Origin: a virus
Lineage: Duplodnaviria; Caudoviricetes
Length of the DNA stretch: 64,000 bases
IMG/VR virus record: IMGVR_UViG_3300032007_000073
Location: 1-64,000 of that record
Reading direction: 5' to 3' (one strand)
The notes under the pieces are model-generated. The model had not been told where the DNA came from, did not search any database, and saw nothing but the letters and a program-made list of their open reading frames with translations. The stretch's first letter is position 1, and each line of letters starts with the position of its first letter. Made by a program: the position numbers and the translations under genes. This document shows, piece after piece, positions 1-9,078 of the stretch.

Positions 1-41
1 CGATAGAGATAATTTATAACGATGAAAGTAAAGACAGTAAT

Positions 42-251
42 GTGATAATTGTAAAAGAAAAAGATTTTGAAATGAAAAAACTTTTTGATCCGGGAATATG
101 TTATTTTGCTATGCAGAATCCTTGTACAGATTGCCAAGATAAAAGTAAATGCATGGATTGTAAAAAATCTTGTGAGTATGTTTTAAAAATACAAACTGAA
201 ATTATAAAGAATATTAAGGAGAAAGAGGATGAATTTAAAGAAAGGAAATAA
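42..251 (+). CDS. Small Cys-rich hypothetical protein
   Basis: ORF track; CxxC pairs (CTDC, CMDC); GTG start. Confidence 0.55.
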   Translation: MIIVKEKDFEMKKLFDPGICYFAMQNPCTDCQDKSKCMDCKKSCEYVLKIQTEIIKNIKEKEDEFKERK

Positions 252-405
252 GCTTGAAATTGACGGGATGAAGGCTGAAGTTGTTGAAGAATTTACTGTA
301 GAGATGGATATAAAGAAAGGAACGAAAGCTGCAATTGTTAAAAGAGAAGATGGAAAATATTTTGTGTTTAATAAAATCCAAAGGAGAGTGAAAGGAAATG
401 AATAG
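229..405 (+). CDS. Hypothetical protein, 58 aa (below ORF-track cutoff)
   Basis: Manual translation MNLKKGNKLEIDGMKAEVVEEF...; GGAG/GAGG upstream; overlaps both neighbours as in coupled phage operons. Confidence 0.55.
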   Translation: MNLKKGNKLEIDGMKAEVVEEFTVEMDIKKGTKAAIVKREDGKYFVFNKIQRRVKGNE

Positions 406-1771
406 TGAAGAATTTAAAAAGGTTGTTGATGGGTGTATTGAAAATATAAAAAAAGTGCTTGAAAGTAAGTCGCAAGAGTATTCAAGTAAAGACGATAAGT
501 TACATAACTTTGTTGAAGCGACAAAGATTATGAGATGCAAAACGAAAGAGTTTGCTTTGTTAGGTATGTTGAATAAACATTTGGTAAGTATTATTGATAT
601 GGTAGAGAAGTATGAGAAGTACGGAATTTTGCCGGATGAGAATATGGTAGAAGAAAAAATCGGCGACGGTATAAATTATTTTGTTTTGCTAAAAGCTTGT
701 TTTTTGGAAGATATTTATAATGCTATAGAAAAGAAAGCAAATGAAAAGGCACAAACTACAAAAGAGTTTGCGGATAAAATAAAAGAGTGTCCGCAAGTAT
801 ATAAAAACAGCACAGAAGAAATTGAAAAGTTTGAAAAAACAAGAAATAAAGAGCTTGAAAGATTAATAAACGAGCCTGCTGCAAAGACGGCTACGGAAAT
901 TAAAGAGCAAGCGGCGATTGCAAACAGTATGTATGAGAATCCGAGAAAGCGGTTGGTTGTTGAAAAGTTAAGAAAGATGTTAAATCCGTTGTTTGTTTGG
1001 TTGACCGATAACAACAGATTTGTTGATTATGAGAAGATTAAGGGTATGATTAACAAAGCAGAGTTGGAAGCTGACAGTGTACCGGATGAGTTTGTTAAGG
1101 ATGTTATTGTTGCTATAGAGAAGTTGGATATACCGGCGGCAGAGTGGTATCAAAAAAGAGATAAGATAATAACAGAGATTATACAGATTATGTTGCGATC
1201 TAAATATAAAGTCGGCGATACTGTTTGGATGATAATATCAGATTTGAAATGCAAGGATTGGGCGGTATATAAAGAAATGATAATAGGCGATATGTTTTTG
1301 TTTATAGATGGTAAAGAAATTGGTTGTAAGGGTGTGTTCGGTGAAATGCTGAGTGAAAATTTTTGTTTTAAGACGAGAGAAGAAGCACAGCAAGAGTGCG
1401 ATAAAAGAAACAAGAGCGAAAAAGATGTTAAGGATATATTTGATACGGCATCTGATTTAACTACAGCCATGATTGTTAACAAGAGAAAAAAAGCTGTTGT
1501 AGATAATATGCAAGATAAGTTAAAGCCGATAATAGAATATTTAATGATAACAAGTATTGCGGAATATCAAAGATTTGCTAATTTGTGTGTAACAGAAGTA
1601 AAAAAGCATGACAGTATAACCGACAAAGTTTTTTATAAAGCAATAATTATGTTTTTAAAGTCGTTATCGTTGCCAAATAAAGAACAGTTGCCACAGTACA
1701 AGTTTAAAACTTTAGCAGAAATAAGAGATGTTATTGTAAAACAGTTGAAAGATGATTTAACAAGGATGTAA
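398..1771 (+). CDS. Multidomain protein: N-terminal DUF1599/Nmad1-like helical domain plus an internal KYKVGDTVW...F.TREEA domain
   Basis: N-terminal pattern K..EYS..DD.LHNF...K.HL.SI.D....EKI.D.INY..LL resembles nucleotide-modification-associated domain 1. Confidence 0.55.
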   Translation: MNSEEFKKVVDGCIENIKKVLESKSQEYSSKDDKLHNFVEATKIMRCKTKEFALLGMLNKHLVSIIDMVEKYEKYGILPDENMVEEKIGDGINYFVLLKACFLEDIYNAIEKKANEKAQTTKEFADKIKECPQVYKNSTEEIEKFEKTRNKELERLINEPAAKTATEIKEQAAIANSMYENPRKRLVVEKLRKMLNPLFVWLTDNNRFVDYEKIKGMINKAELEADSVPDEFVKDVIVAIEKLDIPAAEWYQKRDKIITEIIQIMLRSKYKVGDTVWMIISDLKCKDWAVYKEMIIGDMFLFIDGKEIGCKGVFGEMLSENFCFKTREEAQQECDKRNKSEKDVKDIFDTASDLTTAMIVNKRKKAVVDNMQDKLKPIIEYLMITSIAEYQRFANLCVTEVKKHDSITDKVFYKAIIMFLKSLSLPNKEQLPQYKFKTLAEIRDVIVKQLKDDLTRM

Positions 1772-1809
1772 AAAAATAAAAATAATAATCTGCGGAAAAG
1801 GGGGTTAGG

Positions 1810-2346
1810 ATGAAAATTGATGAGAAAACATTGTTACCGACTGAAGATGTTAAGCCGATGCCTGTTATGCAGATGGAGTTTGATGTTGATTTTTTTATTA
1901 ATATGGATACTCCGCTAAAGAACTCTTTACAGGAACGATTTGCACAGTATATTGTGCAAGGTAAAAGTGCTACGGAAGCTTACAGATTGGCACACAAAGA
2001 GAGCGGTAAAAAAGAAATAAAACTTAAAAGCTGTACGGAAAGGGGTTGCAAGTTGCTTGCTGACAGTAATGTTTTGAACAGAATAAAGTTTCTAAATAAA
2101 GCTGTTACCAAGCAAATAATTATGAGCGACCTTGAACTACACAAACATTTAGCGGATATTATCCGCAGTAAAACAGCCAAAACGGCGGACAGGATAAATG
2201 CAATTAAAGTGTTGGCACAAATAAAAGGATTGGCGAAAGGTGATACGGAAGTGCATACAAGCCAACATTTTGTTAATTTGCAAGTGGAAGTTGTTGAAGC
2301 GAATAAAAAGCCGGAAGCGGAAATACAAGTGGTAGAGGTGAAATAG
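1810..2346 (+). CDS. terS: Terminase small subunit
   Basis: QERFAQYIVQGKSATEAYRLA HTH pattern; directly upstream of TerL. Confidence 0.8.
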   Translation: MKIDEKTLLPTEDVKPMPVMQMEFDVDFFINMDTPLKNSLQERFAQYIVQGKSATEAYRLAHKESGKKEIKLKSCTERGCKLLADSNVLNRIKFLNKAVTKQIIMSDLELHKHLADIIRSKTAKTADRINAIKVLAQIKGLAKGDTEVHTSQHFVNLQVEVVEANKKPEAEIQVVEVK

Positions 2347-2347
2347 C

Positions 2348-3682
2348 ATGGAAAAAGCAAAGATACTTATAACGGCAAAGTTTAAAGTTTTGTTGGATTA
2401 TACTAAGCGGTACAGAATTTATGCTTTTTACGGCGGCAGGGGTGGAGCAAAAACTCAGTGTCTTGCAAGGTGTGTGCTTGCAGATTTGAATCAGACAAAA
2501 AGAAAGCAAAGGATATTAAATTTAAGAGAGTTTCAAAACAGTATTGAAGATTCTACTTATCAAGTGTATGTTGATGCTATACAGCAGAGCGGACTTGCAC
2601 CAAACTATACGATATATACCGATACGATTGTTAATAATGCTAACGGCAGTGAGATTGTGTTTAAGGGTATGAGAGGTACCGGCGGAAAGAAAAGCGGACA
2701 ACAGTTGAAATCGTTGGAAGGATTTGACAAGTGTTGGGTAGATGAAGCACAAAGCTTTTCTAAAGAGCAGCTTGATATTTTGTTGCCTACGATAAGAAAG
2801 TTGGGATCTGAGTTGTGGTTTTCTTTCAACAGATTAGAAGAAAATGATCCGATTTGGGCTGTAGTGAGCGGCGGAGATGATGATATTTATTTGGAGAAAG
2901 TGAATTGGTATGACAATCCGTTTTGGACCGAAGCACTTGAAGCAGAACGGTTAAGATGTTTGAGAAATCATCCGGAAGATTACGACCATATTTACGAAGG
3001 AGATCCGATAAACAGTGCGGATGATTTTAATTTGATATCAAGAGATGTTGTTATTGCTGCACAAAAAAGAGATTTTCCGGTAGGCGATTATATGTATGCA
3101 CCAAAGATTATAGGGATAGATCCGGCAAGGTTTGGTAATGATACTGCCGTTTGGTATCTTAGGCAAGGTGTTAATGCAAAGATTTTAAAAGAGGTTGCGA
3201 AAACTTCTGCTCCTCAGTTGCTTGATATATCTATAGAGTTGATACAAGAGCATAAGCCCGCTGCTGTGTTTGTGGATCGTGGCGGTGAAGGCGGTAGTTT
3301 GGTAGATTTTTTAAGGCAAAGCGGATATAAAAATGTTTATGATATCGGGTTTAATGATGCTTCCGTAAGCAAGAGATATAAAAATAAAAGAGCAGAAATG
3401 TATTGCAAGATGAAAGATTGGTTGACGGTAAAAGGGTGTATTGAAGATGATCACGATTTAAGGCAAGAATTGACAAACATAAAACAGTTGCCGAAAGATA
3501 TAATACAACTTGAAGATAAAGCGGATATTAAAAAAAGGATAGGAAGATCGCCCGGAAAAGCTGATGCACTTGCTTTAACTTTTGCAAGAGATGTTAAAGC
3601 ACAGACGGTTACCGACAGGTTGCAGACAAGAAGAAATGTTAGACAGATGAACACAAGTATTATAAGACCGGTGATAATGTAA
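2348..3682 (+). CDS. terL: Terminase large subunit (PBSX-like ATPase, RNase H-like nuclease)
   Basis: Walker A YGGRGGAKT, Walker B WVDEAQ, nuclease IGIDPARFGND and ADALALT. Confidence 0.93.
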   Translation: MEKAKILITAKFKVLLDYTKRYRIYAFYGGRGGAKTQCLARCVLADLNQTKRKQRILNLREFQNSIEDSTYQVYVDAIQQSGLAPNYTIYTDTIVNNANGSEIVFKGMRGTGGKKSGQQLKSLEGFDKCWVDEAQSFSKEQLDILLPTIRKLGSELWFSFNRLEENDPIWAVVSGGDDDIYLEKVNWYDNPFWTEALEAERLRCLRNHPEDYDHIYEGDPINSADDFNLISRDVVIAAQKRDFPVGDYMYAPKIIGIDPARFGNDTAVWYLRQGVNAKILKEVAKTSAPQLLDISIELIQEHKPAAVFVDRGGEGGSLVDFLRQSGYKNVYDIGFNDASVSKRYKNKRAEMYCKMKDWLTVKGCIEDDHDLRQELTNIKQLPKDIIQLEDKADIKKRIGRSPGKADALALTFARDVKAQTVTDRLQTRRNVRQMNTSIIRPVIM

Positions 3683-3694
3683 GGAGAATAATGT

Positions 3695-4132
3695 ATGAAA
3701 CAAGAAGTAATAACAAAAGTCAAAAGAGTAATAAAAGAAATATATCTGTTGAAAGAAGAAAAACATACAACAAGAGATTTGGCTGAATTGTTTAATGTTT
3801 CGTATAAAACTATCCAAAGAGATATTAAAGATATTGAAAGTTTAGGAATAGGAAAACTTGAAAAGGAAAAGAGAGTTTATAAGTTTGTGGATACATTAAA
3901 ACCGAAAGTAAAAGTTAAATCAACGATAACAATAACAAAAGACGAAAAAAACATAACAACAAAAGAAGAAACTTTGTATAGTGAGATAACCAAAAACAGC
4001 GGGATAATTAAAAAAGATAAAGCTGATAATTATTTTTATTATATTAAAAACACAAACAATCAAATAATTTATATATCGGATAAGTTTGATAATAAAGCAA
4101 AAGCCAAAAACGATTTAATGTTGGCACTGTAG
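3695..4132 (+). CDS. HTH DNA-binding protein with C-terminal YegP/DUF1508-like segment
   Basis: TTRDLAELFNVSYKTIQRDIKDIE (HTH_11-like); C-terminal YFYYIKNTNNQIIYISDKF. Confidence 0.65.
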   Translation: MKQEVITKVKRVIKEIYLLKEEKHTTRDLAELFNVSYKTIQRDIKDIESLGIGKLEKEKRVYKFVDTLKPKVKVKSTITITKDEKNITTKEETLYSEITKNSGIIKKDKADNYFYYIKNTNNQIIYISDKFDNKAKAKNDLMLAL

Positions 4133-4159
4133 CAAAGAAACTTAAAATAAAAAAAGTAC

Positions 4160-4188
4160 TTGACAAACAAATTTGATTTGATTAGAAT
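4160..4188 (+). promoter_or_regulatory. Sigma70-type promoter for the podovirus head operon
   Basis: TTGACA (4160-4165), 17-nt spacer, TAGAAT (4183-4188). Confidence 0.75.
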
Positions 4189-4217
4189 TTAATCAGTAAA
4201 AAAGATTTTAAATATAG

Positions 4218-4262
4218 TTTGATCTGCGGAAAAGGGTGTTTTATCGTGGATCAAATTTTTTT
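4218..4262 (+). terminator. Intrinsic terminator-like hairpin 1
   Basis: UUUGAUCUGCGG pairs with UCGUGGAUCAAA (G-U pairs included), followed by a 7-U tract. Confidence 0.6.
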
Positions 4263-4277
4263 ATTAAATAAAATTTT

Positions 4278-4321
4278 AAAAGCTCACAAAAACAAAGAAA
4301 TTTGTTTTGTGGGCTTTTTTT
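4278..4321 (+). terminator. Intrinsic terminator-like hairpin 2
   Basis: AAAAGCUCACAAAAACAAA-GAAA-UUUGUUUUGUGGGCUUUU, then U tract. Confidence 0.7.
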
Positions 4322-4340
4322 GTTTGGGAGAGTAAAAATT

Positions 4341-4565
4341 ATGGCGGGTATTTTTTCAGCACCTTCCGTACCGAAAATTGAAGTTAAACAAGCTCCTAAA
4401 GTTATTGATGAAAGCTCGTCAAGAGCTAAAACTCTTGAAGCTTTAAGAAAGAAAAAAGGCAGAGCAGCGAATATGCTTGCAGGAGATTATTATGCACCGG
4501 CACAAAGTCAAGGTAATGCGATTGCCGGACAACCTTCTGCAAGTAAAACTTTGTTAGGACAATAA
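4341..4565 (+). CDS. Small virion-associated protein
   Basis: Start refined to ATG 4341; pattern typical of the small gene at the front of BPP-1/T7-like head modules. Confidence 0.6.
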   Translation: MAGIFSAPSVPKIEVKQAPKVIDESSSRAKTLEALRKKKGRAANMLAGDYYAPAQSQGNAIAGQPSASKTLLGQ

Positions 4566-4585
4566 AAAAATAAAAAGGCGGAAAA

Positions 4586-4735
4586 ATGCAAAACATACAA
4601 GCTAACAGAGAAATTAAACAAAAGTTGTACGAATTATTTATGTTGTATCCGGATTTGGATGCGAAAGATGTGTTGGCAAAGTTGGAAACAATAACCAAAG
4701 AAGTAAAAAAACAAGTTAAAGAGGTAAAGAAATGA
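4586..4735 (+). CDS. Hypothetical protein, 49 aa
   Basis: Manual translation MQNIQANREIKQKLYELF...; AAGGCGG upstream; stop overlaps the scaffold start. Confidence 0.5.
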   Translation: MQNIQANREIKQKLYELFMLYPDLDAKDVLAKLETITKEVKKQVKEVKK

Positions 4736-5490
4736 CAGAGCCAAACAATAATGTTTTTGAAGGGTTGAGCCAAGAAGCTATGGAGTTTGTTAACAACAAA
4801 GGGTTTAAGACGATAGAAGATGTTGTTAACGGTTACAGAAATTATGAGAAGTATCAAGGTGTACCGCAAGAAAAACTTTTAAAACTTCCGGATGAAAACA
4901 ATGCAGACGAAGTTAATGCTTTTTATAAAAAGTTAGGCAGACCGGATAAAGCGGAAGATTATAAGTTTGAAATTGCCGAAGGGCAAGACGATGCTATTGC
5001 TAAAGCTATTGCTCCGGAGTTGTTTAAAATCGGTTTATCACAAAAGCAAGCTGCTGCAATATATAAAACTTTAGAAACTGCAAAAATTGAGCAAGGAAAA
5101 GCGGCTGAAGCTGCTGCAATTAAAGCTGAAGAAGATCTTAAAAGTGAGTGGGGATCTAACTACGATAACAATTTAAAAGCTGCACAGCAAGCGGCAAAGA
5201 TTGCCGGAGTTACTCCTGAACAGATTGAAGCTTTACAAAAAGCTACAGATTATAAAACTGTAATGAATATATTTAAAAATCTTGCTTCCAAGTTTGGCGA
5301 AGATGTTTTAAGAGGTGCGGGAGATAACAGACAAAGCAGATTCACTTTAACTCCGCAACAGGCAAGAGAAAAGATTGAGCAGTTAAAGAGTAATGCAGAG
5401 TGGGTAGCAAAGATGAACAGCGGCGATAAAGCAGCTTTGCAAGAGTATGATGAGCTTGCAAAAATTGCCGTATCTGATATGCAAGGATAA
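4732..5490 (+). CDS. Capsid scaffolding protein
   Basis: FYKKLGRPDKAEDYKF and LKSEWGSNYDNNL motifs; upstream of capsid gene. Confidence 0.8.
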   Translation: MTEPNNNVFEGLSQEAMEFVNNKGFKTIEDVVNGYRNYEKYQGVPQEKLLKLPDENNADEVNAFYKKLGRPDKAEDYKFEIAEGQDDAIAKAIAPELFKIGLSQKQAAAIYKTLETAKIEQGKAAEAAAIKAEEDLKSEWGSNYDNNLKAAQQAAKIAGVTPEQIEALQKATDYKTVMNIFKNLASKFGEDVLRGAGDNRQSRFTLTPQQAREKIEQLKSNAEWVAKMNSGDKAALQEYDELAKIAVSDMQG

Positions 5491-5678
5491 AAAAAGTTAT
5501 TTGATATAGACGGAAATATTGGGCAACCTTGAAAAAGGTCCAATGACCGATTGAAAGAAATCTGACCGGCATAATTGCCGCAGCTTAGTTAATGAGCTGA
5601 TTTTTGAATTGGTCCGTTTCGGCGGGCAACCTTGAAAAAAATAAATCATACAAAATTTATTTACAAGGAGAAAAGAAA

Positions 5679-6560
5679 ATGCCAGAATTATTTTTAACCG
5701 GTAATGAATACATGTTTTATTGTCAAAAATTTAAAGACATGTATCAAATCCTTCCTCAAGACAAAGGATCTAAATTAAGACCTTATGTAACAGTAGAAAG
5801 CGGTATTGTTGGAGAATCTGCTGTTGCAGCTAACCAAGTAGGTATTACACAAGTACATGAAGTAACAGTTAAAAACGGTGATTCACCTCAAGACGATGTT
5901 ACAACTGCAAGAAGATGGTATGTTCCAAGAACTTACAATTGGGGACATCTTTTTGACAGATTGGATAAAATCAGAACTTTGGGTGATCCTAACAACATGT
6001 ATGCTTTGGCTGCTAAAAAAGCTTTCGGAAGAAATGAAGATGATCTTATTATTGAAGCTTTCTTCGGAGCAAACAAAACAGGTCAGTACGGTACAGGAAC
6101 AACAAACTTTGATGCAAACAATGTTGTTGCTGCCGGCGGAGCAGGTCTTACATCCGAAAAACTTATCAAAGCAAGAACAATTCTTTTAGGTAACGAAATA
6201 GATGTTGATACTGAAAAACTTGTTTGTGTTATAACAGCAAAACAAGCAGCTGATTTGTTGGCTGATGCTAAGTATAACAACATCCAATGGGGTAATCCTA
6301 TCTTGCAAGACGGCAAATTGAAATCATGGTTAGGATTTGAGTTTGTACACAAAGAAAAGTTGCCAAATTCCGGCACTACAAGATATGTTCCTATATTTGC
6401 AAAATCTTGTGTTGCTTTAGGTGAGTGGATGAGTATGATTGTTGATTTCAGCTCAAGAAAAGATAAACAATCAAAACCGTATTTATATATGGAACAGACA
6501 ATCGGTGCTACAAGATTGGATGAAAAAGGTTGTGTTAAAGTTGAGTGTGTAGAAGCTTAA
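5679..6560 (+). CDS. Major capsid protein
   Basis: Start refined to ATG 5679 after AAGGAG; follows scaffold; AKKAFGRNEDDLIIEAFFG and GATRLDEKGCV resemble podovirus HK97-fold capsids. Confidence 0.85.
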   Translation: MPELFLTGNEYMFYCQKFKDMYQILPQDKGSKLRPYVTVESGIVGESAVAANQVGITQVHEVTVKNGDSPQDDVTTARRWYVPRTYNWGHLFDRLDKIRTLGDPNNMYALAAKKAFGRNEDDLIIEAFFGANKTGQYGTGTTNFDANNVVAAGGAGLTSEKLIKARTILLGNEIDVDTEKLVCVITAKQAADLLADAKYNNIQWGNPILQDGKLKSWLGFEFVHKEKLPNSGTTRYVPIFAKSCVALGEWMSMIVDFSSRKDKQSKPYLYMEQTIGATRLDEKGCVKVECVEA

Positions 6561-6639
6561 CTTGTTTGAAATAAATGTGCTTTTGCGGTTTTTACACATT
6601 AAAAAAATAAAGCCGCCATCTTTATAAGGAGAAAATAAA

Positions 6640-7044
6640 ATGTCTAAAACATATTGTAACGAATTGAAACAAGCTTTAGTTAATGCTTCCGTTGCAGAAG
6701 GTAAAATCAAAACTTACAATGCAACAATTGATTTAGCTTCTCAAGCTTCAGCAGATACTATTGTTATTGCTAAAGCTAAACAAGGCGAAAAGTTTATCGG
6801 CGGTATTTTGACTACCGATACTTCTTTAGGATCTGCAAAAATCCAAATAGGTAATGCAACAGCAACCGCAAAATATAAAGCAGATGCTGTGTTTACTTCC
6901 GTAGATACTCCGACATTGTTCGGTAAAGCCGGTGCTATGGCAGCTCTTGAAGCTGATGAAGAAATTATCATCACTGTAGGAACTGCTGCTTTGCCTGCTT
7001 CCGGCACATTGAAAGTAGCTATGTTGTTTTCTGTAAATAACTAA
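6640..7044 (+). CDS. Capsid decoration/cement protein (Bbp16-like)
   Basis: Ala/Gly/Thr-rich beta protein directly after the capsid gene. Confidence 0.6.
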   Translation: MSKTYCNELKQALVNASVAEGKIKTYNATIDLASQASADTIVIAKAKQGEKFIGGILTTDTSLGSAKIQIGNATATAKYKADAVFTSVDTPTLFGKAGAMAALEADEEIIITVGTAALPASGTLKVAMLFSVNN

Positions 7045-7066
7045 TTTGCCATACATTAGTTACACA

Positions 7067-7102
7067 TGCAGCAAGCATATATCACCCTGTATGCTTGCTG
7101 CA
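7067..7102. repeat. Perfect 13-bp inverted repeat without U tract
   Basis: TGCAGCAAGCATA (7067-7079) and TATGCTTGCTGCA (7090-7102). Confidence 0.85.
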
Positions 7103-7119
7103 AGCGAGGATAAAAAAAT

Positions 7120-8751
7120 ATGAAAAAAGCCGAACAAATATTAAAAGAATATGAAAGTATGAAGCTTGTCAGAAGCAGATTTGATTTTACATGGCAAGAA
7201 ATTGCACAGAGAATTGATCCGGGACAAGCTACTTTTGTTACGAAAGTTTTAAATTTTATGAATTTGGAACAGCAAAAGTTTGATTCTACTGCGGCTCGTG
7301 CTTTACCGAAATTTGCTTCTATTATGAAAAGTATTATTTGTCCTCGTACTCGCTCATGGGCAAAGTTTTGTACGACTGATCCGGACCTTACTTCTTATTT
7401 TCAAGATTATTTTGATGATGTTACAGCAAGAATTGCAAAATACCGTTATACAAACAAAAGCGGATTTGATAGTGCCGTTGATACGATGTTTTCAGGTGCC
7501 GGGATGTTTGGACAGATGCCGTTTTTTGTTGATAACAGACCGGAAGGTATATATTACAGAACTTTTCCGATGAGCGAAGTTTGGGCTAAAACTAATGCTT
7601 ACGGCGAAAAAGATACTTTTATCAGGAAGTTTAAGTTGGATAAAAGGCAAGCCGAAGAATTGTTCGGCGATAAATGTCCTGCAAAAATTAAAGAAAGTAA
7701 AGATTGTAATATGCAGTATGAGTTTTTGCATTATGTTTGCCCTAACGATAAGTACGATGCAAACAAAGAAGATAATTTAAGTATGAAATATTCATCGTAT
7801 TATCTTTGTGCCGATACTTGTGAGATTGTAAATGTTGGCGGATATCATACAATGCCTTATTGTATGGCAAGAGTTGAGGTATTTCCTACCGAAAAAGTGT
7901 ACGGGTATGGACCGGCTATGAAATGTCTTGCAGACCAAAAAACCTTAAATGCTGCGATGAGAATTACTATGAGAGCAGCGGAAATGTCTGCTGATCCGGA
8001 GATGCTTATAAGAGAAGATGCCGTAGTTAACTTGAATCAGTTGGGTGCGGCGGGATCTGTTATTTACGGCGGACTTGATGAGCAAGGCAGACCGGCTGCC
8101 GCTACCATGCAAAGAAATATGGATCTTAGAGCTATGGAGCTTTTAAGGCAAGAGTTAAAACAAAATATTGCTGACGGATTTTGTATTAATTTGCTTGAAA
8201 TATTGATTAATGATCCTTCCGCAAAGACAGCCACTGAAGTTATGGTAAAAAAGCAAGAACAAGCTATTTTGCTTGCTCCGATGGCTACAAGAATATATCA
8301 GGAGTGGGCTGCTGTTTGTTGTATGAGAGAGTTTGATATACACGACAGAGCCGGAAGGTTGCCACAAATGCCGGAAGATTTAAGAGCGGAACTTATAAGA
8401 AGCAAGAGCAAACTTACTATTGAGTTTGAGAGTCCGCTTGATGAAGCTCAAAAAAGTGAAGAAGCTATAAAGCTTAACAGATTTTTAGAAACTATAAGCG
8501 GTTATGCTCAAGTGTATCCGGATATGCTTAATATTGTTAATCCTACCAAAACAGCTAAGATTATGGCAAGAAGTATAGGTGTACCGGCAAAAGCACTTTA
8601 TTCGGAAGAAGAACTTAAAACAATTGAACAACAAAAGATTGAAGCGGCACAAGCTCAACAGATGCTTGCTGCTATGCCTACGGTTGCAAAGAGTGCAAGC
8701 GATTTAGCTAAAGCGGGTGTTGAAGCTCAAAGCGGAATAAAATTGATTTAA
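7120..8751 (+). CDS. Portal (head-to-tail connector, T7 gp8/Bbp21 family)
   Basis: 543 aa; WQEIAQRIDP, FDSTA, YGYGPA...AD.K.LN, KTATEV, IEFESPL motifs. Confidence 0.9.
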   Translation: MKKAEQILKEYESMKLVRSRFDFTWQEIAQRIDPGQATFVTKVLNFMNLEQQKFDSTAARALPKFASIMKSIICPRTRSWAKFCTTDPDLTSYFQDYFDDVTARIAKYRYTNKSGFDSAVDTMFSGAGMFGQMPFFVDNRPEGIYYRTFPMSEVWAKTNAYGEKDTFIRKFKLDKRQAEELFGDKCPAKIKESKDCNMQYEFLHYVCPNDKYDANKEDNLSMKYSSYYLCADTCEIVNVGGYHTMPYCMARVEVFPTEKVYGYGPAMKCLADQKTLNAAMRITMRAAEMSADPEMLIREDAVVNLNQLGAAGSVIYGGLDEQGRPAAATMQRNMDLRAMELLRQELKQNIADGFCINLLEILINDPSAKTATEVMVKKQEQAILLAPMATRIYQEWAAVCCMREFDIHDRAGRLPQMPEDLRAELIRSKSKLTIEFESPLDEAQKSEEAIKLNRFLETISGYAQVYPDMLNIVNPTKTAKIMARSIGVPAKALYSEEELKTIEQQKIEAAQAQQMLAAMPTVAKSASDLAKAGVEAQSGIKLI

Positions 8752-8771
8752 AAATAAAAGGCGGTAAAAAA

Positions 8772-9074
8772 ATGGGTGTATTAACATGGGCTCAAAGATT
8801 TGTTTCAAGAGTAAGATGTTATCAAAGAGTATTTAAAAAGGATAATCCGGATGTTAAAGCGGTGTTATGTGATTTAGGGAGAATTGCTCCGGTAGATCCG
8901 ACAAGTAAGATTGCAGAGCCGTACGATGCAAATAAAATAAAGCTTTATATTATGATCGGCAGAAGGCAAGTTGTATCTCATATCTTAGCAAAGATAAATA
9001 TGACGGAAGAAGAATTAAGCAATATTATTAAGCAAGAACAGTTGAAGCAGCAGCAAGAATCTTTTAAAGGATAA
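8772..9074 (+). CDS. Bbp19-like protein
   Basis: YQRVF...VLCDL...GRRQVV.HIL pattern; follows the portal. Confidence 0.65.
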   Translation: MGVLTWAQRFVSRVRCYQRVFKKDNPDVKAVLCDLGRIAPVDPTSKIAEPYDANKIKLYIMIGRRQVVSHILAKINMTEEELSNIIKQEQLKQQQESFKG

Positions 9075-9078
9075 AAAT

